Shown piece by piece: positions 39,787-49,625 of a stretch of DNA of 64,000 bases. How positions within the stretch are numbered: position 1 is the first letter of the stretch; the number at the start of each line of letters is the position of its first letter. The DNA is from Alphaproteobacteria bacterium (GTDB lineage Bacteria > Pseudomonadota > Alphaproteobacteria > RF32 > CAG-239): the NCBI GenBank assembly GCA_017528205.1, contig JAFXPE010000032.1:145986-209985 (forward strand). Reading direction: 5' to 3'. The notes below the pieces were generated by a model, which had not been told where the DNA came from, did not search any database, and saw only the letters and a list, made by a program, of their open reading frames with translations. The translations under genes were made by a program, and so were the position numbers.

Positions 39787-41463
39787 ATGAGTATAGACAG
39801 TAAAAAAATCGGAAAACCCAAAGTTTCCGTCTTAATGCCGGTTTATAAAACACCGGAAAATTATTTAAAAGAAGCGATTGAAAGTATTTTAAATCAAACT
39901 TTTAGCGATTTTGAATTTTTAATTCTGGACGATTGTCCCGAGCAATCGGTTGAAAATATTGTAAAATCATATAAGGATAAACGCATAATATATGCTAAAA
40001 ATCAGCATAATATGGGGATATCGGCAACCCGCAACAAATTGATGAGTATGGCAAGAGGGGAATATCTTGCAATTATGGATCATGATGATGTCGCTTTGCC
40101 AGAGCGCTTTGCCAAAGAAGTGGAATTTTTGGATTCGCATCAGGATGTGGGAGTGGTTGGTACTTGGTATGAACGATTCCCTCGCACAAAAATTAAGAAA
40201 AGGTATATAATAAACAGCCAAATTGAGCGCGATTTAATGTATAATTGCAGTATCTTGCATCCGTCGGCGATGATCAGAAAATCGGTTTTGACAGATAATA
40301 ATATTTGTTACGAAGCCGAATTTTCTCCCGCTGAAGACTATCGTTTATGGACACGGCTCATTGGCAAAACCAAATTTGCCAATATTCCTGAGGTTTTGCA
40401 GAAATACCGTGAATATGTCGGTAACACTTCTAAATTGCAACTTCAAAAGCAACGGAACGCAACCTTAAAAATCAGGCAAGAAGCAATCAAAACTCATCCG
40501 GAACTTATAAGAGGGGGTTCTGATATACAAGTATATAAATTTTGCGGTATTCCGCTGTATAGGCGCAAGTATAAAGGTTGCATCATCAAAGATACTTATT
40601 GCGGATTGATTAAAAAGACTTATCACGAGCCGATTATGACGTTTGATACTTCGACTTTACAGATTTATATAATCAACTTTAATCGGTTGTCTTATCTGAA
40701 AAAGATGATAGAAATGCTTGAAAAATACGGTTTACATAATATTCACATCATTGATAATGCTTCTACTTATCCGCCGATGTTGGAATACTTAAAACAAACA
40801 CCGTACACAGTACATTATATGCAAAGAAATCAGGGACATATGGTGTTCTTTTCGGACGATGAATTTAAGAGTGTGCGCGAAAATGAATATTATATCTTAA
40901 CAGATCCTGATGTTATAGCAATTGAAGAATGTCCGTATGATTTTATGGACTATTTTTATTTGCTTTTGCAACAATATCCAGAATTCAATAAGGTGGGTTT
41001 TTCGCTTAAAACGGACGATATAACCGGAACACCGGAAGCTAAGGAATTGCTAATCAAATGGGAAAAATTATTCTATAAAAAACGGCTGAATCGGTTAAAA
41101 CCGTATATTTATAACTCTTCAATTGATACTACTTTTGCTATGTATCGCCCGCAAAAAGAATGGAAAAATAAAGATTTTTATAAAGCGATTCGTACCGGAT
41201 ATCCGTATGAAGCGCGCCATTTACCGTGGTATAACAATTTGCATGATTTATCAGATGAAGACAAATTTTATAATAAAACCGATTGTGGTAGCGGAAATTG
41301 GAACAGTCTTTTCGGCTTGGAACGCATCAGAGACTGTATGGCAAGTAAGAGAGTTGACCATTGGTGGAACAACATATTTTCGCTTCAAAAAACTTATCGG
41401 CGCACGATAATTCGCATATTAGGCATAAAAATAACACTTAACAAAGAGATGCGAGGTGACTAG
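39787..41463 (+). CDS. two-domain glycosyltransferase (N-terminal GT2 plus second GT-A-like domain)
   Basis: VSVLMPVYKTPE..ILDDCP..DHDD GT2 motifs N-terminally; C-terminal half again has a GT-A-like IIDNAST..DPDV pattern. Start 39787 after an AAGGACG SD. Confidence 0.75.
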   Translation: MSIDSKKIGKPKVSVLMPVYKTPENYLKEAIESILNQTFSDFEFLILDDCPEQSVENIVKSYKDKRIIYAKNQHNMGISATRNKLMSMARGEYLAIMDHDDVALPERFAKEVEFLDSHQDVGVVGTWYERFPRTKIKKRYIINSQIERDLMYNCSILHPSAMIRKSVLTDNNICYEAEFSPAEDYRLWTRLIGKTKFANIPEVLQKYREYVGNTSKLQLQKQRNATLKIRQEAIKTHPELIRGGSDIQVYKFCGIPLYRRKYKGCIIKDTYCGLIKKTYHEPIMTFDTSTLQIYIINFNRLSYLKKMIEMLEKYGLHNIHIIDNASTYPPMLEYLKQTPYTVHYMQRNQGHMVFFSDDEFKSVRENEYYILTDPDVIAIEECPYDFMDYFYLLLQQYPEFNKVGFSLKTDDITGTPEAKELLIKWEKLFYKKRLNRLKPYIYNSSIDTTFAMYRPQKEWKNKDFYKAIRTGYPYEARHLPWYNNLHDLSDEDKFYNKTDCGSGNWNSLFGLERIRDCMASKRVDHWWNNIFSLQKTYRRTIIRILGIKITLNKEMRGD

Positions 41464-41554
41464 ACATACGCAATCAAAAATAAATAATGCTTGCAAAAAA
41501 AGTCAAATGTCATATATTCAAGCCAGTTAAATTTTAATTTTTAAGGAGATAAAT

Positions 41555-42604
41555 ATGCCTTTAGTTTCAATGCGTCAAATTCTTGACGATGCCGCCGAAC
41601 ATAATTACGGTGTTCCGGCATTTAATATCAACAATATGGAACAAATTATTGCCGTTATGCAGGCCGCGCAAAAGGTTAATGCGCCGGTTATTATGCAAAC
41701 TTCAACGGGTGCGCGCAAATATGCCGGCGATCCGATGATTCGCCACATGGTTGCGGCCGCAATCGAGATGTTTCCGAACATTCCGGTATGTATTCACCAA
41801 GACCACGGCACTTCGGTAGATATTTGCCAATCCGCAATCGTTAACGGTTATTCTTCGGTAATGATGGACGGTTCGCTTGAAACAGACGGTAAAACTCCTT
41901 CTTCCTTTGAATATAATGTTCGCGTAACGCAAGAAGTTGTGGCCCGTGCCCACGCTGTTGGTGCTTCGGTAGAAGGCGAGTTGGGAGTTATCGGCTCTCT
42001 TGAAACCGGAAAAGCCGACAAAGAAGACGGCATCGGTGCCGAAGGCAAGTTGGATAAAAAACGCTTGGTTACCGATCCGGATGAAGCAGCGGAGTTTGTT
42101 CGTTTGACTCATTTGGACGCTTTGGCGGTTGCGGTGGGAACTTCTCACGGCGCATACAAATTTACTCGCAAACCGGACGGCGAAATTTTGGCCATTGACG
42201 TGATTGAAAAAATCCACGCCAAATTGCCGAATACCCACCTCGTGATGCACGGCTCTTCTTCGGTTCCGCAAGAATTGCAAGATTTAATCAACGCTTACGG
42301 CGGTCAAATTCCGCAAACCTACGGCGTGCCGATGGAAGAAATTGTTCGCGGCATTAAATCCGGCGTGCGTAAAGTTAACGTTGATACCGATTCGCGTATG
42401 GCAATTACCGGCGCAATTCGTAAGATTTATGCCGAAAAGCCGTCAGAATTTGATCCGCGTAAATATCTCAAACCGGCAATCGAAGAAATGCAAAAAGTTT
42501 GCGAAGAACGCTATATTGCGTTTGGTGCGGCCGGTTACGGTGATAAAATTAAGGCGATTAAACTTTCGGATATGGCAAAGCGTTACGCCGCCGGCGAAAT
42601 TTAA
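41555..42604 (+). CDS. fba: fructose-bisphosphate aldolase, class II
   Basis: NYGVPAFNINN, HQDHG, GSLE metal/substrate motifs; 349 aa. Confidence 0.9.
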   Translation: MPLVSMRQILDDAAEHNYGVPAFNINNMEQIIAVMQAAQKVNAPVIMQTSTGARKYAGDPMIRHMVAAAIEMFPNIPVCIHQDHGTSVDICQSAIVNGYSSVMMDGSLETDGKTPSSFEYNVRVTQEVVARAHAVGASVEGELGVIGSLETGKADKEDGIGAEGKLDKKRLVTDPDEAAEFVRLTHLDALAVAVGTSHGAYKFTRKPDGEILAIDVIEKIHAKLPNTHLVMHGSSSVPQELQDLINAYGGQIPQTYGVPMEEIVRGIKSGVRKVNVDTDSRMAITGAIRKIYAEKPSEFDPRKYLKPAIEEMQKVCEERYIAFGAAGYGDKIKAIKLSDMAKRYAAGEI

Positions 42605-42626
42605 TTTTTGCAAAACACAAACAAAA

Positions 42627-42658
42627 AGCTGTCGGAATAAAATCCGACAGCTTTTTTA
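42627..42658. terminator. bidirectional intrinsic terminator (fba + / hypothetical -)
   Basis: AGCTGTCGGA-ataaaa-TCCGACAGCT flanked by A5 and T6. Confidence 0.75.
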
Positions 42659-42659
42659 T

Positions 42660-43982
42660 TTAACAGATAATCTTACCTGCACTGTGGTTGGAAGGAGGTA
42701 ACTTAATCCAACCGGCCGAAATTGCCTTGAGCATAACCTCATCATCAAGAGTGTAGCCTTGGGCAAAATACTTACAAATGAGTTCCTCGGCATTTTCCGG
42801 TTCAAGCATGCGCTTGTGTAACTCCTGCGGCAGAGGCCATTTAGTAATATACTCCAGCGCCAAATCCCCGGCCGACGGGCAGTCAAACATCTTTTCGATA
42901 TCAACAGAATCCGGCTTAATGCCTTTCTTCATCTGCTTTTTCAGTCGCTTTTCGAAATCCTCGATTTCTTCCTGCAAAATCGGCGGAATGTTCACGAACC
43001 TCTTTAAGCAGAATTTGATGTTTTCGCTCTGAATACCGAACTTTGGCTCATAGCGGAAAATCAACCGACAATAAGGAGGCGTAGTGTTGCAAAGCAGATA
43101 GGCAATTGCCGCCTTATCCAACAGATGCCCCGTTTCGTGGAAGATTTTGTACTGTTCCTCATCCATCTCCATTTGCGCACCGGCATAAATTTTGCTGTTG
43201 AGCTTGCAGAATTTCCGCCATTTTGCCGGATTTTTCTCATCTTTCCAACAAGCCAAATCGCGCACGATACACTTTTGCAAATGCGTCTGATGAGCATCAG
43301 CGACGCGTTCTTTGAACTCCGGCGTTGCTTCGCTGTCGGCAATCTTGTTCAGCAAATCTTTACGCAGATTGCAGCGATCAATGTATTCGCACAAAATTCG
43401 CGCCAGACAACCTTCCGGATAATCTTTACTCTCCGCAATCGCCTTATCTACCAGAATAGTCGCCTTTTGCTGTGTCAGCGTGCCAAAGTGCGTATACTCC
43501 TTCATCAGCGAGCTTTCTTTTTGTTCGGCTAAGGTGAAATCCACCAGAGCGATAAACAAATCGTCGCGCAAATCAAGGTTGCTCATAGCATACGAAAGCC
43601 TGCTGATATGGCCGTTTTTCATACACAAAATCCACGCTTCGGGACTCATCGCACTAAACACATCATAGTCGTTGCGCACATCTTTCAGATAAATCAACTG
43701 CTCATCAACAGAGTAGTTTTTTAAATCATCGAGCTTAATCCACCACTTTGCCCACTTGAAAGGCCACTTTAAGGCCAATCGGGTATAAAAAGCGCGAATG
43801 CGATCACCGAACAGAACATCACAATGGACAAGCTTTGCCGCGGTTTGCGGTCGACACCAATGGAGTAAAAACATCGAAAGAGGATTTCCCACTAGGAGAA
43901 AGAACACAGAAGCCATGCCGTAGACACAAAAGCTCATCAGCTTGGTCGATACCGGCGTTTGAATGAAATTTTTGAAAATCAT
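42660..43982 (-). CDS. hypothetical protein with N-terminal transmembrane anchor
   Basis: 440 aa, one or two N-terminal hydrophobic helices, no recognised motif; about 350 bp of non-coding DNA upstream. Confidence 0.55.
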   Translation of the reverse strand: MIFKNFIQTPVSTKLMSFCVYGMASVFFLLVGNPLSMFLLHWCRPQTAAKLVHCDVLFGDRIRAFYTRLALKWPFKWAKWWIKLDDLKNYSVDEQLIYLKDVRNDYDVFSAMSPEAWILCMKNGHISRLSYAMSNLDLRDDLFIALVDFTLAEQKESSLMKEYTHFGTLTQQKATILVDKAIAESKDYPEGCLARILCEYIDRCNLRKDLLNKIADSEATPEFKERVADAHQTHLQKCIVRDLACWKDEKNPAKWRKFCKLNSKIYAGAQMEMDEEQYKIFHETGHLLDKAAIAYLLCNTTPPYCRLIFRYEPKFGIQSENIKFCLKRFVNIPPILQEEIEDFEKRLKKQMKKGIKPDSVDIEKMFDCPSAGDLALEYITKWPLPQELHKRMLEPENAEELICKYFAQGYTLDDEVMLKAISAGWIKLPPSNHSAGKIIC

Positions 43983-44283
43983 AGTCGTAAAATTTTACGA
44001 TTACTGCTCTGTCCCTCTTGAGCAAATATTTGTGAGACTGTTCGGGGGAACATGAAAACCGCATGGCACTTCTCAGACGAACAATCTGCTTACGTGCAAT
44101 GAACTCCTTGGTTTGACTTATCTTGACTTTACCGCTTGATCCACAAACCAGATCGGATAAATAATAAATCAATAATAGAATATCATTATACAAAAAGCAG
44201 TACAATTGTAGCAAATACGGAAAATTTGTCAATATTGTTTTTTTGTGGTTTAGCGTGGTAAAAGCGCAAATTTGCATACAAAA

Positions 44284-44311
44284 AATCCCGCTGTTCACAG
44301 CGGGATTTTAA
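44284..44311 (-). terminator. intrinsic terminator downstream of the atp F0 operon
   Basis: ATCCCGCTG-ttca-CAGCGGGAT with flanking A/T runs. Confidence 0.7.
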
Positions 44312-44327
44312 GTTCTACTTTTGTAAA

Positions 44328-44972
44328 TTAAGAAGCGAATTTATCCAAATCGGCGATGGCCTCATCAATCAACTTACTGCGGTCGGTGTTTTGCAAATAG
44401 TGGTTGATGGTCTTGTAGGCCAAATCGATGGAAACTTTACTCGCCGACTGATTTATCTCCTCTTTAGCCTTGGCTGTGGAAGCGGCAATTCTTCTTTCGG
44501 CCTCGTTTTCTTTATTTTTCAACTCGGTTTTGAGGCGTGAAAGCTCGTGCTTTTTAATATTCTGCAAATTCTTTCGCGACTGCTCGACAATATGCTCCGC
44601 TTCGGCTTGAGCGTTTACAAACTTGCGCTCGTATTCTGCCAACAACAGCTGTGCGTCGTCACGTAATTTTGCCGCATCGTCGATTTCTTTTACCACGTTA
44701 TTTATGCGGTTTTCCAAACCGGCGCGAACAGCCTTTGTCAGCGGTTTCAACAAAACAAGCACCGACAGCACAAAGGCAACCGCAATCCAAAATTCGATTT
44801 CCGTATAAAAAGGAACTTCGTTAATTTTCGTGGCGGCGGTTTTGCCGGCAGCAATTATTTCCGAAACGTTTTCCGCCGCGCCGATAATGGCGTTCTGGGT
44901 AGCGTCAATCAATCCCTGACCGGAGGAATTAAGAGAATCTTGAGTGTTTTCAAGCAAAATTTCTTCATTCAT
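44328..44972 (-). CDS. atpF: ATP synthase F0 subunit b
   Basis: Single N-terminal TM then a long charged helix; last gene of the atpI-B-E-F'-F cluster. Confidence 0.85.
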   Translation of the reverse strand: MNEEILLENTQDSLNSSGQGLIDATQNAIIGAAENVSEIIAAGKTAATKINEVPFYTEIEFWIAVAFVLSVLVLLKPLTKAVRAGLENRINNVVKEIDDAAKLRDDAQLLLAEYERKFVNAQAEAEHIVEQSRKNLQNIKKHELSRLKTELKNKENEAERRIAASTAKAKEEINQSASKVSIDLAYKTINHYLQNTDRSKLIDEAIADLDKFAS

Positions 44973-45453
44973 GAGATTTACCCCTTAAGGCGGTTTGGGC
45001 GATGTCCGATTTGCTGATATTGTTAAAGCCGAGCTTTTTAACAATTTCGTAGGCCAAATCCTGCGCAATAAATTCTATTTGTTGCAGGGTTTCTCTTTTT
45101 TCGGTTGCCAAAGCAAATTCATTGTCGGCAATTTTTTTGTTCAGATTCTTAGTCAAATCGGATTCGGCTTTTTGCAAATATTCCTTCAGCTCCTGTTTGC
45201 CTTTAGCCACTTCCTGTTGCGAAGTTTTTTCAGCCTCCGCCAGCGTGTCATGATATTTTTCCAGCGAAGTTTTGGCCTGCAAATTAAGTGCATCGGCCTT
45301 TTGCACATATTCATCTATTTTGCGTTTTCTCTGCTCGATAATATCAGCGATTTTCGGAATAACGAAAACCGAAAGCAACCCCCATAAACTGCAAAAGCAG
45401 ACGAGAAGCCAAAAAATTTGCGAAACATATGATGAAGGATCCAGTTGCGGCAT
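44965..45453 (-). CDS. atpF2: ATP synthase F0 subunit b'
   Basis: Second b-type subunit; a b/b' pair is typical of alphaproteobacteria. Confidence 0.8.
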   Translation of the reverse strand: MPQLDPSSYVSQIFWLLVCFCSLWGLLSVFVIPKIADIIEQRKRKIDEYVQKADALNLQAKTSLEKYHDTLAEAEKTSQQEVAKGKQELKEYLQKAESDLTKNLNKKIADNEFALATEKRETLQQIEFIAQDLAYEIVKKLGFNNISKSDIAQTALRGKSHE

Positions 45454-45474
45454 GGCACGTCCTTTAAGCGGCTA

Positions 45475-45711
45475 TTACAAAATCATCAAAAGGGCAATAA
45501 CCAGAATATACAATGCGATGGATTCGATGGTACCCATACCGAGGAAGCCGAAAACGGTAACATCTTTTTTAACCTGCGGATTGCGGCCCACGGTTTCAAT
45601 CAAAGATGTCCACAATTTAGTCAAACCCCAAGCGGCAACACTCATACCCAAGGCGCAAATGCCGGCGGCGATGAATGCCAAAGATTTGTTTTGCAAGATT
45701 TCGTTTTCCAT
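45475..45711 (-). CDS. atpE: ATP synthase F0 subunit c
   Basis: 78 aa two-helix hairpin with GxGxGxG packing motif and a conserved carboxylate in helix 2. Confidence 0.9.
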   Translation of the reverse strand: MENEILQNKSLAFIAAGICALGMSVAAWGLTKLWTSLIETVGRNPQVKKDVTVFGFLGMGTIESIALYILVIALLMIL

Positions 45712-45742
45712 TTTTTTATCCTTTCATTAGAGTTAAGTTATT

Positions 45743-46468
45743 TTATTCTTCGTTGCTGATTGCCTGACTTAAGTACACACAGCTCAAAATCGTGTATATA
45801 TAAGCTTGCAATAAAGCAATAAACATTTCAAACATAATGATGCACATATCCGCAATTAACGGTATAAAACCGAAAAATCCCATAGCGATGATAAATGTGC
45901 CCAAAACTTTCAACATAATGTGGCCGACAGACATATTGATAGCCAAACGCAAGGTTAAGCTGAACGGTTTTGCCAGCAAAGACAGCGTTTCCACCGGAAT
46001 AATCAGCGGCGCCATAAACAGCGGCAACCCTTCCGGACAGAAGGTGTGCAAATAAGACAGTCCGCGATGCTTGATGCCCAAAATTATGTTCAATACAAAA
46101 CAAAGCATCGAAAGTGTGCCAACTGCGGCAATATGTGACGTAAACGTAAAGCTGTACGGGAACAATCCGAGCAAATTACCGAAGGCCACAAATACAAACA
46201 AGCTGAATACAAACGCCACAAATTTTGTGCCTTCACGCCCCAAAGTTTCGCCGATAATACCTTGCACAAAATCATAAATGGCTTCTGAAAACGCCTGACT
46301 TTTGGTCGGCACAATATCGCGTTTTGCCAAACACAAAAGCAAACCCAAAAACACCACAGCCACGGTGATAACCATACATAAGGACGAGTTGGTAAAAGAT
46401 ATATCTATCCCGTTTATATCAAGCGGAAATATCTTTTTAATCTCAAACTGTTCCAAAGGATTTTCCAT
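45743..46468 (-). CDS. atpB: ATP synthase F0 subunit a
   Basis: Five or six TM helices; conserved Arg-containing helix (LTLRLAINM). Confidence 0.9.
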   Translation of the reverse strand: MENPLEQFEIKKIFPLDINGIDISFTNSSLCMVITVAVVFLGLLLCLAKRDIVPTKSQAFSEAIYDFVQGIIGETLGREGTKFVAFVFSLFVFVAFGNLLGLFPYSFTFTSHIAAVGTLSMLCFVLNIILGIKHRGLSYLHTFCPEGLPLFMAPLIIPVETLSLLAKPFSLTLRLAINMSVGHIMLKVLGTFIIAMGFFGFIPLIADMCIIMFEMFIALLQAYIYTILSCVYLSQAISNEE

Positions 46469-46470
46469 TA

Positions 46471-46776
46471 TTACTCCTTTATATCCTTATCCAACTTTTG
46501 CGCAGCTCTGTACGCATTCAACGTCCCGGCTGCAATACCGAAAAACAGCATCACCAGCATAATTATCGGCATTGTATTCCAAAATTTATCCGCCATATAA
46601 CCGATGCACAAAGCAATGATAATCGGCGAAACAAATTCCGCAACCATTCGAAACGCATATTCCATAAAAATACCGAGTTGCGAACGGCGCTTATGGTGTT
46701 TGACGGCTGTCGAGCGCTTAAATTTCTGAATTCGGGAATCCAATTCTTCAATATCGCGTGGCAGCTTTTTCATCAA
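46471..46776 (-). CDS. atpI: ATP synthase protein I (AtpI/AtpZ-like)
   Basis: Small two-TM protein immediately upstream of atpB. Confidence 0.65.
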   Translation of the reverse strand: MMKKLPRDIEELDSRIQKFKRSTAVKHHKRRSQLGIFMEYAFRMVAEFVSPIIIALCIGYMADKFWNTMPIIMLVMLFFGIAAGTLNAYRAAQKLDKDIKE

Positions 46777-46787
46777 CCCCTCAAATG

Positions 46788-47474
46788 CTATTGCAACCGA
46801 GCCAGACGGCTGTCCAAATATTCTTTAAACTTTTGGTGACTGACCGCCCCGTAAATAATTTCGTTGCCGTCGGAACCGCTGACCAAAAATGCCGGCGTTC
46901 CTTCCATTTTCAAACGTGTGATTGCTTCTTGACGCTGAGCGATAATTTCCATGGCTTGAGTTTTATTGTTGATGCACTCCAACGCCTCGTCGTAACTCAA
47001 TCCGAATTCTGAAGCATAGCGGAACAAGCGATCATTGTCGGTATCCATCCACCAAGAACGCTGTGTGTCAAACAACTTATCGATAAAGCCGAAATAATTT
47101 TGAAAAGTCATACATTGTGACAACATTGCACCTTTCATCGAATTTTTATCCAGCGGAAAATTAACAAAAACCACACGTAATAAGCCCTTATCAACGTATT
47201 CGGTCTCAATCAGCGGCATCACGTCAAGATGAAAGTCGGCACAATGCGGACAACCCAGAGAAGAATATTCGTAAAGTGTTAGCGGCGCGCTGGCCGAGCC
47301 GAAAGCGTATTTCTGTGAAACATTTACCAACAAATCTGCCGGCAAAACTGTGGCGATACCATTATGCTCGGCGGCATCAGCGGTTTGTGTTTTCAAATAA
47401 ATCTTGCCGTTTTCATAAACAAAACCTTTGTAATTAAAATAAAAAACGGCAGAAAGGCAAAATACAATCGCCAT
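46788..47474 (-). CDS. DsbA-family thiol:disulfide oxidoreductase
   Basis: CPHC active site (LGCPHCADFH), signal anchor. Start taken at the internal Met 47474 to avoid a 146-nt overlap; ORF track extends to 47663. Confidence 0.7.
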   Translation of the reverse strand: MAIVFCLSAVFYFNYKGFVYENGKIYLKTQTADAAEHNGIATVLPADLLVNVSQKYAFGSASAPLTLYEYSSLGCPHCADFHLDVMPLIETEYVDKGLLRVVFVNFPLDKNSMKGAMLSQCMTFQNYFGFIDKLFDTQRSWWMDTDNDRLFRYASEFGLSYDEALECINNKTQAMEIIAQRQEAITRLKMEGTPAFLVSGSDGNEIIYGAVSHQKFKEYLDSRLARLQ

Positions 47475-47517
47475 AGACAATATATTGCTTATCTTTTTTA
47501 TAAAATTATCCAAAACG

Positions 47518-48045
47518 CTATTCCTCCGAACGCTTATCGGCAAAGACTGCGTGTCCAAGCTTTTCGAGAGCTTCACGCAGTTCGTCGCTCTTAATATCTC
47601 TAACTGATTCCGTAATATAGGATTCTTCTTTTGCAGATACAACAACTTTTTTAACTTTATCACTCGGTTTTTTCCGGATTAAAAAATTTTCCGGAGTTCC
47701 GCTTTGCAAAATTTTCAGCTTATTTACTGCCGGATATCCGAAAAAAGTGTTGATATTTCCGATAATGCGCGGTTCATTTTGCGCAATTTCCATAGCAAAC
47801 GCACCGGCCGGCACCATAATGGTCAAACAGCCGTTAGCACGCTCATCTTTTGGAAATACCAACTTTTGCGGCAAACTGTATTGTGCCAGATTTTCCCCCA
47901 CGATATCCGACCACGATGACAATAGCTCCATTTGCGTAAAACCGCGCGGACCAAGCAATTGCTTGGCAATCGGCAAGGCGGTTTGCGCAATGTTGGTTAA
48001 ACCTTTCAGCGTGTGTTCTTTGTTTATTTTAATGCCGCGTGCCAT
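47518..48045 (-). CDS. DUF721/DciA-like protein (low confidence)
   Basis: 175 aa basic protein between xerD and dsbA; assignment from overall resemblance only. Confidence 0.4.
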   Translation of the reverse strand: MARGIKINKEHTLKGLTNIAQTALPIAKQLLGPRGFTQMELLSSWSDIVGENLAQYSLPQKLVFPKDERANGCLTIMVPAGAFAMEIAQNEPRIIGNINTFFGYPAVNKLKILQSGTPENFLIRKKPSDKVKKVVVSAKEESYITESVRDIKSDELREALEKLGHAVFADKRSEE

Positions 48046-48048
48046 GGT

Positions 48049-48966
48049 TTATTCCTCACTTTCACGATATTGCGCCAGAGGGTGTTTAGTGCAAACGGTG
48101 TTCATTAATTTTTGCGAAGTGATGTGCGTATAAATTTCCGTAGTGGTGATATTTTCGTGGCCGAGCATTTTTTGCACCGAGCGCAAATCGGCGTTGTTAT
48201 TGAGCAAATGTGTGGCAAACGAATGGCGCAAAACGTGTGGCGTAACTCGCGACGGATAAATGCCGCAAGCGGCCGCCAGATTTTTCAAATCCTTATAAAA
48301 AGCGTCGCGGGTTAGGTGTCCGCCAGCGCCGGAAGTTGAAGGAAACAGCCATGCGGAAGCGCAATTTTTCGCCACAAAATTCTCGCGCAATTGTGTATAT
48401 TTCTCAAGAGTTTGCAACGTGTGTTTGGCAATCGGCACAATGCGTTCTTTGCTGCCTTTGCCGAAAATGGTTATCTGCTCTTTTTTGTAATTTATCGCGG
48501 TTTCCGGCAACGCCACCAATTCCGAAACTCTGAGTCCGGTTGCATACATCAGCTCAATCATTACGGCAATTCGCTGAATGCGATAATCTTTGCTGTTTGT
48601 CGCGGTTTTAATCAGATTTTCGATTTCTTCGGCGGTCAAAAATTTCGGCAACGGTTTTTCTTGTTTCGGAGTAAGAATATTTTGCGCCGGATTATCCTCG
48701 ATAATTTTTTCCGAATAAAGAAATTTGCAAAATTCTTTAATGGCGGAAAGTTTGCGCGCCAATGTTTTCGGGGCAAAAGCGCGCGAGTGCAGATATTGCA
48801 TAAAATCTTCTATTTTGCGCTTGGTAATATCGCTTGCAGCCACAAAATTACCCCAAAGCAAAAACTGCTCCAAATCACGGTCATAAGCCGCAATGGAATT
48901 CTGCGCGGCGCCTTTTTCCGCCGCCATCATTTGCAAAAAATCGTCTTTATCCTTACCGAGAGTCAT
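48049..48966 (-). CDS. xerD: tyrosine site-specific recombinase XerD (could be XerC)
   Basis: N-terminal SAM-like domain, catalytic R..HxxR..Y (HVLRHSFATHLL ... EIYTHI). Confidence 0.85.
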   Translation of the reverse strand: MTLGKDKDDFLQMMAAEKGAAQNSIAAYDRDLEQFLLWGNFVAASDITKRKIEDFMQYLHSRAFAPKTLARKLSAIKEFCKFLYSEKIIEDNPAQNILTPKQEKPLPKFLTAEEIENLIKTATNSKDYRIQRIAVMIELMYATGLRVSELVALPETAINYKKEQITIFGKGSKERIVPIAKHTLQTLEKYTQLRENFVAKNCASAWLFPSTSGAGGHLTRDAFYKDLKNLAAACGIYPSRVTPHVLRHSFATHLLNNNADLRSVQKMLGHENITTTEIYTHITSQKLMNTVCTKHPLAQYRESEE

Positions 48967-49324
48967 GAGTTTTATTTCCGTTTTCCGAGGCAAATGATTT
49001 CAGGTTGCGAAGTGCATCCGCATTGTTTTTGATAATCATACCGACTTTTTCGCACGTTTGCAGTTTATCGCAACTGCCGCAGGTGGCGAATTTTTGGCTT
49101 ATACAGCATTTTCTGATAGGGCAAAGCGAAGCGCAATATGGCGTTTTTACACCGTCAATCCGACAGCCGGAACAATTTATCTGTTCGGAGGTAATCTCCA
49201 CTCCGTTCAGCTCAGACCAAAGTTTAGCCACTTTTCGGCGCAACTCGTCATCGTTATTTAAGGTGGCTATGCGTGCTTCGCAAGTTTCACAATCAAGCCC
49301 GCAACAGGCGATAAAATCTTTCAT
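48953..49324 (-). CDS. Cys-rich DUF3795-like protein
   Basis: MKDFIACCGLDCETCEAR opening and 13 further cysteines. Confidence 0.5.
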   Translation of the reverse strand: MKDFIACCGLDCETCEARIATLNNDDELRRKVAKLWSELNGVEITSEQINCSGCRIDGVKTPYCASLCPIRKCCISQKFATCGSCDKLQTCEKVGMIIKNNADALRNLKSFASENGNKTHDSR

Positions 49325-49369
49325 TTTTTTCAGCCTTTCTCCGGCATTTTATAAACTCGAGAGCGGAAA

Positions 49370-49525
49370 TTATTTTTCCAGCGTTACCTCAACCGGTTGC
49401 GAAACATGGTCGGTCGGAATTTCGATATCCTGTATCACTACGGCACCGACACCGAGCAATAAAGCCAAAATAACGGCATAAACAACAATTTTGGTATTAT
49501 TTGATTTTTTGTAATAGTCTCTCAT
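49370..49525 (-). CDS. possible 51-aa single-TM small protein (not in ORF track)
   Basis: MRDYYKKSNNTKIVVYAVILALLLGVGAVVIQDIEIPTDHVSQPVEVTLEK; AGGGA-like SD upstream; unverified. Confidence 0.25.
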   Translation of the reverse strand: MRDYYKKSNNTKIVVYAVILALLLGVGAVVIQDIEIPTDHVSQPVEVTLEK

Positions 49526-49625
49526 TTGAATTTCCCTTTTATAATCTGCGAAAATTTATTGATTATATATTAACAAGGTTATATTCTGAGGTCAACATAA
49601 GAGTTTTAATAATAACAAAAAGAAA

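Noticed and set aside
43819-44298. 159-aa minus-strand ORF
   Set aside because: Overlaps the 3' end of gene 42660..43982 and runs through an AT-rich spacer; no SD, no recognisable motif.
47475-47663. N-terminal 63 codons of the DsbA-like ORF
   Set aside because: Would overlap the DUF721-like gene by 146 nt; the internal Met at 47474 gives a signal-anchor N-terminus, which is preferred.
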